From Longimicrobiales bacterium (GTDB lineage: Bacteria > Gemmatimonadota > Gemmatimonadetes > Longimicrobiales > Gaopeijiaceae), in assembly GCA_965204735.1 (NCBI GenBank), contig OZ242008.1, positions 2,976,001-3,040,000 on the forward strand: 64,000 nucleotides of DNA, given 5' to 3'. The notes beneath the pieces are model-generated. The model did not search any database. It was not told the origin of the DNA and saw nothing but the letters and a program-made list of their open reading frames with translations. This document shows, piece by piece, positions 48,951 through 58,309 of this stretch. Position 1 is the first letter of the stretch, and each line of letters starts with the position of its first letter. The translations under genes were made by a program, and so were the position numbers.

Positions 48951-51900
48951 ATGCTGTCGGACCGGAAGTGGGAGCTGGCCTACACCACGGACGACGGCCC
49001 ACTGGCCGAGTGCTTCTACGTGCCCGCCCTCCGGCACGCCGTTCGCTACGACCGGCTGACCGGATACTTCAACGCTGGCGCGCTGACCCTGGCGGCGCGG
49101 GGCATCGAAGGGCTGGTGCGCAACAATGGCGTCATGCGCATGATCGTCGGGTGCACGCTGGAACAGGAGGAGATCGGGGCGATCCAAAGGGGCGACCAGC
49201 TGCGCAACGCTGTCGAGCAGCGTCTGGCCAGCATCCCCCTTGCGCCCGACCCAAACGAGACCGACGCCCTGGAGCTGCTGGCGTGGATGGTCGCGCGCAA
49301 GCACCTGGAGGTGAAAGTCGCAGTGCCGTGCGACGCCGGCGCCCGCCGTCCCATACCAAACGGCGCCATCTTCCACGAGAAGACCGGCGTGGTCGAGGAC
49401 CGGGCGGGGGACCGAGTCGCCTGGACCGGCAGTCTGAACGAGACCCCCAGCGGCTGGCAGTACAACTGGGAGCGCATCCAAGTCTACACCAGCTGGCGCG
49501 ACGGGGAACGCGTTGCAGGCCTCGAGGCCGACTTCGACAAGCTGTGGAACGACCAAGCCCGACGGGCGACCGTGCTGACCTTGCCCGAAGCGGTTCGCCG
49601 GGACCTGCTGCGCTTCCTTCCCAAGGACGACAAGCCGCCCGCCCGCCTTCAAGAGCGCGAGGAGACGACCCGCCCCGGGCTGGGATCGGATTCCGGCTTG
49701 CCGCCCGGCCTGGAGGGCACGATCAGAGAGCCATCCCCGCCGACCTACGGCGACGCCGACGCCGACAAGCGCGTCTTCCGCGACCGCGTGTGGTCGTTCA
49801 TCAAGCAGGCGCCGGCGATGGCGGGAGGCGGAGGGCGCGTGGGCGAAGCGACGGCGGCGGTCGAGCCGTGGCCACATCAGGCCCGGGCCTTCCGCCGCAT
49901 GTACGACGGCTGGCCGCCCAGGCTCCTCGTCGCGGACGAGGTGGGGCTGGGCAAGACGATTCAGGCGGGGATGCTGCTGCGGCAGGCTTGGCTGTCGGGG
50001 CGCGCCAAGCGGATCCTCGTGCTGGCGCCGAAGGCCGTGCTGCGCCAGTGGCAGGTCGAGCTCTACGAGAAGTTCAACCTCAACTGGCCCATCTACGACA
50101 AGGGCGAGATGACTTGGCACCCGTCGCCCGCCTTGCGGGGCCGCCACGTCCGGCCCGCGGCCAGCGACCGTTGGCACCAGGAGCCCGTGGTGATCGCGTC
50201 CAGCTACCTGATGCGCCGAAGCGACCGTCGGCAAGCGCTTCTGGAGGACGCCGAGCCGTGGGACTTGATCGTCCTCGACGAGGCCCATCACGCCCGACGC
50301 CGGGGCGCGGCGGGCGCGTCCGACGGCGCTCCCAACACCCTTCTGCGGCTCATGGAGGGGCTGAAGGACCGCACGAAGGGCCTCGTCCTGCTGACGGCCA
50401 CGCCGATGCAGGTCCGTCCCGGCGAGCTCTGGGACCTTCTGCAACTGCTGGGGCTGCCGCCCGAGTGGACACCGGCCGAGTTCGTCGAGTTCTTCGAGCA
50501 CGCCCAGCGGGCGGACCCCACGCCCGCCGCCTTCGAGAGGATGGCGCGGCTCTTCCAAGCGACGGAGCGGCGCTACGGGGCCATGGCGCCAGCCCAGCTT
50601 GCCCGGGCGCTCGAGGGGCTCTCCCGCCTTCAGGCCCGGAAGGTGGTGCGCGCACTGCGGGACCGGGCCGAGACGCCTCGTCGCCAGCTGTCGGGAGCGC
50701 AGCGCGAAGCGGCCCTCCGGCTGATGCGGGTGAACACGCCCGTGCGGCGCCTCGTGTCCCGGCACACGCGGGAGCTTCTTCGCGAGTACCACCGGCGCGG
50801 CCTGCTGGCGACGCGCATCGCCGACCGCGATGTGGACGACCGCTTCGTCCAGATGAGCGCCGACGAGCGCGAACTGTACGAGGCGGTGGAGGAGTACATC
50901 GCCACGACGTACAACCAAGCGTCGGAAGAGGAGCGGCGGGCCGTCGGATTCGTCATGACGATCTACCGGCGGCGGCTGGCCAGCAGCTTCCGGGCGTTGC
51001 GCCGCACGTTGGAGCGGCGCGTCGGGGGCGAGGGCGGGCCGAGCGGGGACACAGCGGGCGGAACCGGCGGCACTGCAGGCGGCGTGGACGCCGATCCCTC
51101 GCTCGCCGAAGCCACCCTGGCCGAGGACGTGTCCGACGACGAGGTGGCCGACGACCCCGCCTTGGACGAGGACGCGGTGGCCAAGGCGCTGCGGGAATCC
51201 CTTCGCGCCGAAGAAGCGGAGGACGTGCGACGGCTCCTCGACCAGATCGCCCGGCTTCCGCCCGACAGCAAGCTTGCGGCCCTGAAGGACGCACTGGACG
51301 ACCTGCGCGAGCGCGGACACCGCCAAGTCATGGTCTTCACGCAGTACACCGACACCATGGACTTCCTGCGGGAAGAGCTGGCCGGGGACGCGGGAGCCCT
51401 GGAGGCCGGAACTGCGCGGGACGCCGGCTCCGCCCCAGCAAGCGCCGGCTCCGCCCCCACAAGCGCTGGCTCCGCCCCAACAAGTGCCGGCTCCGCCCCC
51501 AAGCTCATGTGCTACTCGGGCCGGGGCGGCGAAGTGCCCGGCACGGACGGCTGGCGGCCCGTGGACCGCGACACCGTCAAGCGACGCTTTCGAGACGGCC
51601 AGGCCGACGTGCTGCTGTGCACCGAGGCGGCGGCAGAAGGGCTCAACTTCCAGTTCTGCGGCGCCCTGGTGAACTACGACATGCCATGGAACCCGATGCG
51701 GGTCGAGCAGCGCATCGGCCGGATCGACCGCGTGGGCCAGCAGCACCCGACGATACGCATCGTGAACCTTCACTACGCGGACACCGTCGAGACCGACATC
51801 TACCGGGTGCTGCGGGAGCGCATCGGGCTCTTCGCCAAGATGGTGGGCCGGCTGCAGCCGATCTTGGCGCGGTTGCCGGGGACGATCACGCGGGCCGTGC

Positions 51901-52337
51901 TCTCGGGCGAAGGCGGGAGCGCGGCGGGCCGCCGGGAGACCGCCAAGGCCGTGGAGGCGCAGGCCAGCGAAGCCGAAGGCGGGTTCGACATCGACGCGGC
52001 GCTGGACGAGGTGTTGGACGACGACGCCCGCCCCGAGCCCCTCGTCACCATGACCGACCTGGACCGGGTGATCGGCTCGCCCGACCTGCTCGCGCCCGAC
52101 ACGCGGGTCCAGCCCCTGGGCAACCGCGAGTACGGCTTCACCCCGCCCGGGTCCACCGAGCCGGTGCGCGTCACCACCGACCCCGACCATCACCGCGACC
52201 ACCCCGACAGCGTGGAGCTGTGGTCGCCCGGCAACCGCCTCTTTCGGGCGCCGGAGGGCGTGAACGACCAGCGCCGCGACTGGCCCCCGGACGCCGCTCT
52301 GAAGGACATCCTGGACGGCCGACCCGGGTCGTCGTGA
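48951..52337 (+). CDS. PLD-nuclease-like + SNF2 helicase
   Basis: FHEK...D...GSLNET; ADEVGLGKT, DEAHH, LTATP, EGLN, QRIGRIDR. Confidence 0.92.
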   Translation: MLSDRKWELAYTTDDGPLAECFYVPALRHAVRYDRLTGYFNAGALTLAARGIEGLVRNNGVMRMIVGCTLEQEEIGAIQRGDQLRNAVEQRLASIPLAPDPNETDALELLAWMVARKHLEVKVAVPCDAGARRPIPNGAIFHEKTGVVEDRAGDRVAWTGSLNETPSGWQYNWERIQVYTSWRDGERVAGLEADFDKLWNDQARRATVLTLPEAVRRDLLRFLPKDDKPPARLQEREETTRPGLGSDSGLPPGLEGTIREPSPPTYGDADADKRVFRDRVWSFIKQAPAMAGGGGRVGEATAAVEPWPHQARAFRRMYDGWPPRLLVADEVGLGKTIQAGMLLRQAWLSGRAKRILVLAPKAVLRQWQVELYEKFNLNWPIYDKGEMTWHPSPALRGRHVRPAASDRWHQEPVVIASSYLMRRSDRRQALLEDAEPWDLIVLDEAHHARRRGAAGASDGAPNTLLRLMEGLKDRTKGLVLLTATPMQVRPGELWDLLQLLGLPPEWTPAEFVEFFEHAQRADPTPAAFERMARLFQATERRYGAMAPAQLARALEGLSRLQARKVVRALRDRAETPRRQLSGAQREAALRLMRVNTPVRRLVSRHTRELLREYHRRGLLATRIADRDVDDRFVQMSADERELYEAVEEYIATTYNQASEEERRAVGFVMTIYRRRLASSFRALRRTLERRVGGEGGPSGDTAGGTGGTAGGVDADPSLAEATLAEDVSDDEVADDPALDEDAVAKALRESLRAEEAEDVRRLLDQIARLPPDSKLAALKDALDDLRERGHRQVMVFTQYTDTMDFLREELAGDAGALEAGTARDAGSAPASAGSAPTSAGSAPTSAGSAPKLMCYSGRGGEVPGTDGWRPVDRDTVKRRFRDGQADVLLCTEAAAEGLNFQFCGALVNYDMPWNPMRVEQRIGRIDRVGQQHPTIRIVNLHYADTVETDIYRVLRERIGLFAKMVGRLQPILARLPGTITRAVLSGEGGSAAGRRETAKAVEAQASEAEGGFDIDAALDEVLDDDARPEPLVTMTDLDRVIGSPDLLAPDTRVQPLGNREYGFTPPGSTEPVRVTTDPDHHRDHPDSVELWSPGNRLFRAPEGVNDQRRDWPPDAALKDILDGRPGSS
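51423..51500 (+). repeat. 21-bp tandem repeat x~4 (AGSAPxS) within the helicase
   Basis: GCCGGCTCCGCCCCnnCAAGC units. Confidence 0.9.
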
Positions 52338-52463
52338 AGCAAGCATCCGCACGTCGCCCTTTCGCGCTTGAATCCGCTCCCCCGCTCTCGTAGCTTGCAC
52401 TTCCCAGAGGCGGAGAGACCGTCTTCCGCCCGATCAGCGGCTTCGCCTGTCCCTGGGGGAACG

Positions 52464-54302
52464 ATGAGGTCGATCTTCAAGATGTCCGGGCCGGCCTGGC
52501 CGCCCATCGCGGCGCTGGTCCTCCTGGGAATGCTGCAAGGTTCGCCGTCGGCGTCGGAACCGGCGGCGCCCGCTTCCTTCGAATGGGCCGAACGCACGCT
52601 GGCCTCGCTCACCGTTCGCGAGAAGGCGGGACAGCTCGTCATGCCCTGGCTGATGGGCGACTTCGTGGGCGCGGGCGACGAGGGCGACCTGAAGACGCTG
52701 GAGTGGGTCGAGGAGCTGGGCGTCGGGGGCGTGATCATGTCGATCGGCTCGCCCACGGAAGTCGCGGCCAAGCTGAACCACTTGCAGAGCCGCTCCAAGG
52801 TGCCCCTCCTGGTCGCGGCCGACCTGGAGACCGGGGCCGGCTACAGGCTTCGGGGCGCCATGTACATGCCCGGCTCCACCGAGCTCGGGGGCGCAACCGA
52901 CTTTCCTTCGCTCATGGCCGTGGGCGCAGCCGGCGACGCGGAGCTGGCCTACGAGATGGGACGGATCACGGCCGTCGAGGCCCGGGCAGTGGGGATTCAC
53001 GTTCCCTTCGCCCCGGTGCTGGACGTGAACGTCAACCCCGAGAACCCGATCATCAACGTGCGCTCCTTCGGCGAGGACCCGGAGCGCGTGGCCGAGCTGG
53101 GCGCCGCCTTCGTGCGCGGCGTGCAGGAACACGGGACCGTTGCCGTGGGCAAGCACTTTCCAGGCCACGGAGACACCGACGTGGACTCCCACCTGGACCT
53201 TCCCGTGATCCGCCACGACCGGGCGCGGCTGGACTCGGTGGAGCTCCGCCCCTTCCAAGCGGCCTTCGACGCGGGGCTGGGGGGCGTGATGACCGCGCAC
53301 ATATCGATGCCGTCCCTCACGGGAGGACGGGAGCCGTCCACCCTTTCGCGCCCCGTGCTCACCGACCTGCTGCGCAACGAGATGGGCTTCGGCGGGCTCG
53401 TCTTCACCGACGCCATGGACATGCGGGCGATCACCCGAGGCTGGGGCGGAGCGGAAGCGGCGCTTCGGGCGCTCCAGGCAGGGGCCGACGTGATCCTCAT
53501 GCCCCCTTCGCCGGCAGATGCGATCGACGCCGTGGTCCGGGCGGTCGGGTCGGGCCGGCTGACGGAGGAGCGGCTGGACGCGTCGGTGCGGCGCATCCTC
53601 CAGGCCAAGGAGGCGCTGGGGCTGGACGCAAAGCGCCTTGTGCCGATCGAGGACGTGCGCAGGCTGGTCGGCGTGCCCGCTCACGCGGAGGCCGCTGCCG
53701 AGGTGGCCCGGCGCTCGATCACCGTCCTCAAGAACGGGCGCAACCTGTTGCCGTTGGCCGGAACCCGCCGGGCTCGCGTAATGTCCGTCACCTACCGGCG
53801 CCGGTCGGACGTGCTGTCGGGCCGCTACTTCAACCGTCGGCTCCGAGAGACCTATCCAAGGCTGGCCACCGCATACCTGCACGCCGACACCCCCGCCGAC
53901 GTGTACGAGTCCCTTGCCGGCCGAGGAAGACGCCAGGCGCTGGTGATCGTGAGCCTGTACGTGAACGCGGTCGCCTCCCCGGACGAAGCAGCCCTGCCCG
54001 AGGAGACGACGGAGTTCATCGAGCAGCTGGCACGCAGCGGCGTGCCCCACGTCGTCGTCTCCTTCGGCAATCCATACCTGATCTCCGAGTTCCCGGACGC
54101 GCGCGCCTACGTGCTGGCGTGGAGCGGCTCCGAGGCCAGCCAGACGGCCGCCGCCGGAGCACTTCTCGGGGACTTTGCCGTGTCGGGCAAGACGCCGACG
54201 GCGCTTCCGCCCCTGTACAAGATCGGCGACGGAATCGAACTGCACGCCAAGTCGGGCGGCCGATTCCCCGCGGCCGCGCGCCCGGCCCAGGAGATGCAGT
54301 AG
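52464..54302 (+). CDS. GH3 beta-N-acetylhexosaminidase-like glycoside hydrolase, secreted
   Basis: APVLDVN, RSFGED, KHFPGHGDT..DSH, FTDAM. Confidence 0.93.
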   Translation: MRSIFKMSGPAWPPIAALVLLGMLQGSPSASEPAAPASFEWAERTLASLTVREKAGQLVMPWLMGDFVGAGDEGDLKTLEWVEELGVGGVIMSIGSPTEVAAKLNHLQSRSKVPLLVAADLETGAGYRLRGAMYMPGSTELGGATDFPSLMAVGAAGDAELAYEMGRITAVEARAVGIHVPFAPVLDVNVNPENPIINVRSFGEDPERVAELGAAFVRGVQEHGTVAVGKHFPGHGDTDVDSHLDLPVIRHDRARLDSVELRPFQAAFDAGLGGVMTAHISMPSLTGGREPSTLSRPVLTDLLRNEMGFGGLVFTDAMDMRAITRGWGGAEAALRALQAGADVILMPPSPADAIDAVVRAVGSGRLTEERLDASVRRILQAKEALGLDAKRLVPIEDVRRLVGVPAHAEAAAEVARRSITVLKNGRNLLPLAGTRRARVMSVTYRRRSDVLSGRYFNRRLRETYPRLATAYLHADTPADVYESLAGRGRRQALVIVSLYVNAVASPDEAALPEETTEFIEQLARSGVPHVVVSFGNPYLISEFPDARAYVLAWSGSEASQTAAAGALLGDFAVSGKTPTALPPLYKIGDGIELHAKSGGRFPAAARPAQEMQ

Positions 54303-54356
54303 GCGTGCGCCGCTTCGGCGCCGAGATCCCGGTCCGGGGAATGTGACCTCGTCCGG

Positions 54357-55028
54357 ATGTGTCGCCTGCTTTGCGTCGAGGCTTCCGGCGGCTTCGACAT
54401 GGAGGAGCACTTCGCAGCCTTTGCGGCGATTGCGCAGCACAGCGTCGAATACCAGGGACACGGCTGGGGATGCGCTTGGCGCGAGGACGGCCGGTGGCGC
54501 ACGCATCACAGCATCAAGCCCGTCTGGGAAGACGCCTTCCGTCCCCCGGGCCGAACGACCTTGCTGCTGGCCCACGCCCGGAGCGCGTTTCGCAACGAAG
54601 GGATCCGTGTCGACAACAACATGCCCTTCCACCAAGGGGAACGCTTCTTCGCCTTCAACGGCGAGATGCACGGGGTTCGCATCCGAGAGAGCGGCCGGAT
54701 CGGCGCAGAGAAGGTGTTCAACTTTGTGCAGCGCTTCGACCGGGGGGACTTGCGCCTTGCGCTGGAACGCGGGTTGGGCGCGATCGAACGACGCACCCGC
54801 TACTTGCGCGCGATGAACGTCGTGCTGGCCGAGCCGTCGCAAGTATGCTTCGCCAGCCGCTTCAACGAGTCGCCCGAGTACTTCCAGATGCAGCGCTGCA
54901 CGGTGGGCGGCGCGCGGATCGTGTCTTCGGAACGCTATCCGCCGCCCTTCCTGCCGGGGGCCGGATGGACGCCGGTGCCGAACGGCGAGGTCGGCGGCTG
55001 GGCGGTCGCACCGCCCGGGGAACGGTAG
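54357..55028 (+). CDS. Class II glutamine amidotransferase-like (Ntn) protein
   Basis: MCRLL, GWG, LAHARSA, FNG. Confidence 0.8.
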   Translation: MCRLLCVEASGGFDMEEHFAAFAAIAQHSVEYQGHGWGCAWREDGRWRTHHSIKPVWEDAFRPPGRTTLLLAHARSAFRNEGIRVDNNMPFHQGERFFAFNGEMHGVRIRESGRIGAEKVFNFVQRFDRGDLRLALERGLGAIERRTRYLRAMNVVLAEPSQVCFASRFNESPEYFQMQRCTVGGARIVSSERYPPPFLPGAGWTPVPNGEVGGWAVAPPGER

Positions 55029-55038
55029 GCGCGCAGCC

Positions 55039-56184
55039 ATGGATATCCGCGTCGACCCGGACATCCGCAAGGCGGCAACGCTGCCCGGCGCGCTGTACCA
55101 CTCCGCCGAAGCGTACGAGCTGCAGCGAGAACGCGTGTTCGCGCGGGCCTGGCATTTCGTCGCCGACCTGAACCGGTTGAAGGCGCCCGGCCACGTCCTG
55201 CCGCTCGAGCTGCTCCCGGGCTGCCTGGACGAGCCGGTCGTCGTCGTTCGGGGTGCCCAGGGCACGGTGCGCTGCCTGTCGAACGTGTGCACCCACCGCG
55301 GCGCGATCGTCGTGGAGGGCGAAGGCCACGTCAACACCTTGAAGTGCCGCTACCACGGCCGCCGCTTCAACCTGGACGGCTCGTTCCGCTCCATGCCCGA
55401 GTTCGACGGCGTGGAAGGCTTCCCGTGCCCCGCCGACGACCTGCCGCGCCTGGCGACCGGCACGTGGGGACCGTTCCTCTTCGCCAGCCTCGACCCCTTG
55501 CCCGCTTGTCCCTTCGACGAATGGATCGCGCCGGTCGCCGAGCGGTGCGGCTGGATGCCCCTGGACCAGATGCGCTTCGACGCCGACGGCGCGCGGGAGT
55601 ACCTGATCGACGCCAACTGGGCGCTGTACTGCGACAACTACCTGGAGGAGTTCCACATCCCCCACGTCCACGGCGCCAGCTTGGCCGGCCTGGACTACGG
55701 CGCCTACCGAACCGAGCGCTTCGCGTGGTCGAACCTCCAGTTCGGCGTGGGCCGGTCCGGGGAGCCGGCGTTCGAGCTCCCGGACCAGCACCCGGACGCG
55801 GGCGAGTCGATGGCGGCGTACTACTTCTGGCTCTTCCCGAACCTGATGCTGAACTTCTATCCGTGGGGCGTCTCCGTGAACGTCGTGGCCCCCTTGGGCA
55901 AAGACCGGACCCGAGTGTCGTTCCTGCCCTTCGTGTGGGACGAGTCGCTCCGCGGTCGAGGCGTGGGCGGCGACCTGCACCGAGTCGAGATGGAGGACGA
56001 AGAGGTCGTCGAGTCCCAGCACAGGGGGCTCGCCTCCCGACTCTACCGCCGAGGCCGCTTCTCTCCCCGCCGCGAAGTCGGCACGCACCACTTCCACAGC
56101 CTGCTGGCGAAGGCGATGGGCGCGGACAACGCGGACAACCGATCCCGTCGCCCGAGTCGCGGAACGTCTACGGCGACTCCTTGA
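55039..56184 (+). CDS. Rieske oxygenase alpha subunit (choline monooxygenase-like)
   Basis: CTHRG...CRYHG; NW...DNYLEEFHIPHVH. Confidence 0.9.
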   Translation: MDIRVDPDIRKAATLPGALYHSAEAYELQRERVFARAWHFVADLNRLKAPGHVLPLELLPGCLDEPVVVVRGAQGTVRCLSNVCTHRGAIVVEGEGHVNTLKCRYHGRRFNLDGSFRSMPEFDGVEGFPCPADDLPRLATGTWGPFLFASLDPLPACPFDEWIAPVAERCGWMPLDQMRFDADGAREYLIDANWALYCDNYLEEFHIPHVHGASLAGLDYGAYRTERFAWSNLQFGVGRSGEPAFELPDQHPDAGESMAAYYFWLFPNLMLNFYPWGVSVNVVAPLGKDRTRVSFLPFVWDESLRGRGVGGDLHRVEMEDEEVVESQHRGLASRLYRRGRFSPRREVGTHHFHSLLAKAMGADNADNRSRRPSRGTSTATP

Positions 56185-58309
56185 AGCGCATCGCCCAGAG
56201 GCCCGAGTTGATGTCGGCGAACCAGACGAGGTTCTTGTGGGGCATCACGCTCCAGGCGCCGGGCGAGTTGGGGATGAAGCCCACCGGGTCGAAGGCCTTG
56301 TAGACGGCGATCTCGCGGCCCTGCGTGTACAAGTTGCCCATGAGCTCGCCGGAGACGTCGACGAGCCTCATTCCGCCCTCGTAGTACGCTTGGTAGAGGA
56401 TGTCGTCCTCGACCCAGATGTTGTGCGTGCCGAACTCGGACACTTCGTAGCGCGCCACCATCCTGGGGTTCTCGGGGTCGTCGAAGTCGACGACCTGGAT
56501 GTAGCCCCAGCTCGCCCTGGGATATCCGCCCCTCCCGGTGGCCGGATCGTACTTCTGACGGTAGTCGGGACCGATGCCCTCCCACGCCATTCCTTCTCGG
56601 GTGAGTATCTCGTCGCCGATGAAGAGGTAGAACTTCCCGGCGGACTCGGACACGTAGGGGAAGACGGCGTGAGTGGCGCCCGTGGGAACCGGAAGGGTGC
56701 TGATCAGGACCGGGGCGTCTATTGCGCCGCCCCAGCGTCCGTTGCCCACGTCCACGGCCACCACGCCCGCGCCCCACTCGGCGGAGTAGGCGATGCCGTC
56801 GTGGACCCACACGTCGTGGACCCCGGCGTCGGGGTGGTCGTACTCGGAGACGTACTTGGGGTCGTAGATGTCGCGCACGTCCAGGATCACGTACTTGTCG
56901 CCGTTGGAGAGGGCGAAGAGGTGGTCGTTCGTGGGGAACGCGTTGTGCACGCCGCCCGTCAGCCCCTCCGTGTACTCCGCGGCGATCTTGGGGTGGGCCG
57001 GGTCCGCCAAGTCCAGGATCACCACGCCGTTGCGGCGGTTGGAAGCGCCTTCGCGGGTCAGCGACGCGTAGCGGCCGTCGGGGGACACCTTCACGTCGTT
57101 GACGGAGCGCGCATCGACCTGGATGGAGTCGGTCTTGATCACGTTTTCGGGGTCGGTCACGTCGAAGACGAAGCCGTGTCCGTCCGACTGCTTGGCGCCC
57201 ACCAGGGCGTAGTCGCGGCCGTCCACGCCCTCGAAGACCCAGAAGTCGGTGCTGTACACCCGCTCCTGGCGCCCCCGCCCCACCACGTCCATGGAGCGGA
57301 CCACCTTGCGGGGCACGACCTCGAAGGTGCGGACGGCGCGCAAGGGGCCGGAGCGGGCCACGACCGTGAACTCGCCCGGCACGTCGGCGACGAACTTGCC
57401 GCCGTCGATCTGGCCCGGCGCGGGCGGCGCAACGATCCCCTGGGACGGCTCGTAGCGGTGGCTCCACAGGACCGGCGCCTCCGTCCACTCGGCGCCCGCC
57501 GCATCGCGCACCACGGCGCGGAACGTCTGGACGTCGCCCGTGCGGACCTCCTGGTCGCCCTCGGCGCCGCCCTCGATCGAGATCGCGGCGCCGGGGAACG
57601 CCGCCACCACCTGCTCCAACCCGCCGGTCGCGCCCTCGAAGGCGGCCTGGACGCGCACCGGACCTGGCTCCCGCCCCGTCACGCGACCGAAAGCGTCCAC
57701 CTCGGCCCTGGCCGGGTCGCTGACGCTCCACGCGAACTCGGCGCCGGGGCGGCGCGTGCCGTCGGCGTGCAGGGCCACGGCCGCGTGAGAAGTGACGGCG
57801 CCCGCGTACACCGCTCCGGCGCCGGTCACCGCCACCCGCGCCACGGGCGGCCAATCCACCACCACCGGGATCGCCAGCCGGAGCAGCCGCCCGCCGGGCC
57901 CGGGCCGGACGGTCGCGACCACGATCTCGTACTCGCCCACCGCCAGCGCCGTGACCTCGGTCCCGTCGAGCGACAGCCCCTGCCTGGGCGCCGCCACCCG
58001 CAGCGGCTCGTCCACGACCCTGCCCTGCCCGTCCAGCAGGCGAACCGCGAACTCGGCGCGGGCGCCCCGCTCGACGACCAAGCTGGTCGGCTCGGCCTCG
58101 ATCCGTACGGCGGTCTGGGGCGCAGAGGAGGCTCCGGCAAGGGGCGCGGAAGCCGCAGACGCGCCCAGCCCCGCAAGAGCGGCGACCGCCGCAACGAAGA
58201 CCCCGACGCGCGCCGACACGGCCGGCAGCGCTCGGCGCGACGTGCCGGGGCAAGACGACGACATTGGCGACGCCGAGGCGCTGGCTACCCGTCCGACCAA
58301 CCTCTTCAC
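56168..58309 (-). CDS. Ig-like + LVIVD-repeat secreted protein
   Basis: VVILDLADPAHP, VILDVRDIYDP, IQVVDFDDPENP, HNIWV...YYEGG. Confidence 0.85.
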   Translation of the reverse strand: MKRLVGRVASASASPMSSSCPGTSRRALPAVSARVGVFVAAVAALAGLGASAASAPLAGASSAPQTAVRIEAEPTSLVVERGARAEFAVRLLDGQGRVVDEPLRVAAPRQGLSLDGTEVTALAVGEYEIVVATVRPGPGGRLLRLAIPVVVDWPPVARVAVTGAGAVYAGAVTSHAAVALHADGTRRPGAEFAWSVSDPARAEVDAFGRVTGREPGPVRVQAAFEGATGGLEQVVAAFPGAAISIEGGAEGDQEVRTGDVQTFRAVVRDAAGAEWTEAPVLWSHRYEPSQGIVAPPAPGQIDGGKFVADVPGEFTVVARSGPLRAVRTFEVVPRKVVRSMDVVGRGRQERVYSTDFWVFEGVDGRDYALVGAKQSDGHGFVFDVTDPENVIKTDSIQVDARSVNDVKVSPDGRYASLTREGASNRRNGVVILDLADPAHPKIAAEYTEGLTGGVHNAFPTNDHLFALSNGDKYVILDVRDIYDPKYVSEYDHPDAGVHDVWVHDGIAYSAEWGAGVVAVDVGNGRWGGAIDAPVLISTLPVPTGATHAVFPYVSESAGKFYLFIGDEILTREGMAWEGIGPDYRQKYDPATGRGGYPRASWGYIQVVDFDDPENPRMVARYEVSEFGTHNIWVEDDILYQAYYEGGMRLVDVSGELMGNLYTQGREIAVYKAFDPVGFIPNSPGAWSVMPHKNLVWFADINSGLWAMRFKESP

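Noticed and set aside
45900..52337. 2145-aa MTase-helicase fusion ORF
   Set aside because: Produced by the +1 frameshift at ~47835; ~370 aa are off-frame, and the true MTase C-terminus (47839-48948) matches allele 1
28027..52337. Integron, prophage or canonical BREX interpretation
   Set aside because: No integrase, attC sites, phage genes or PglZ seen
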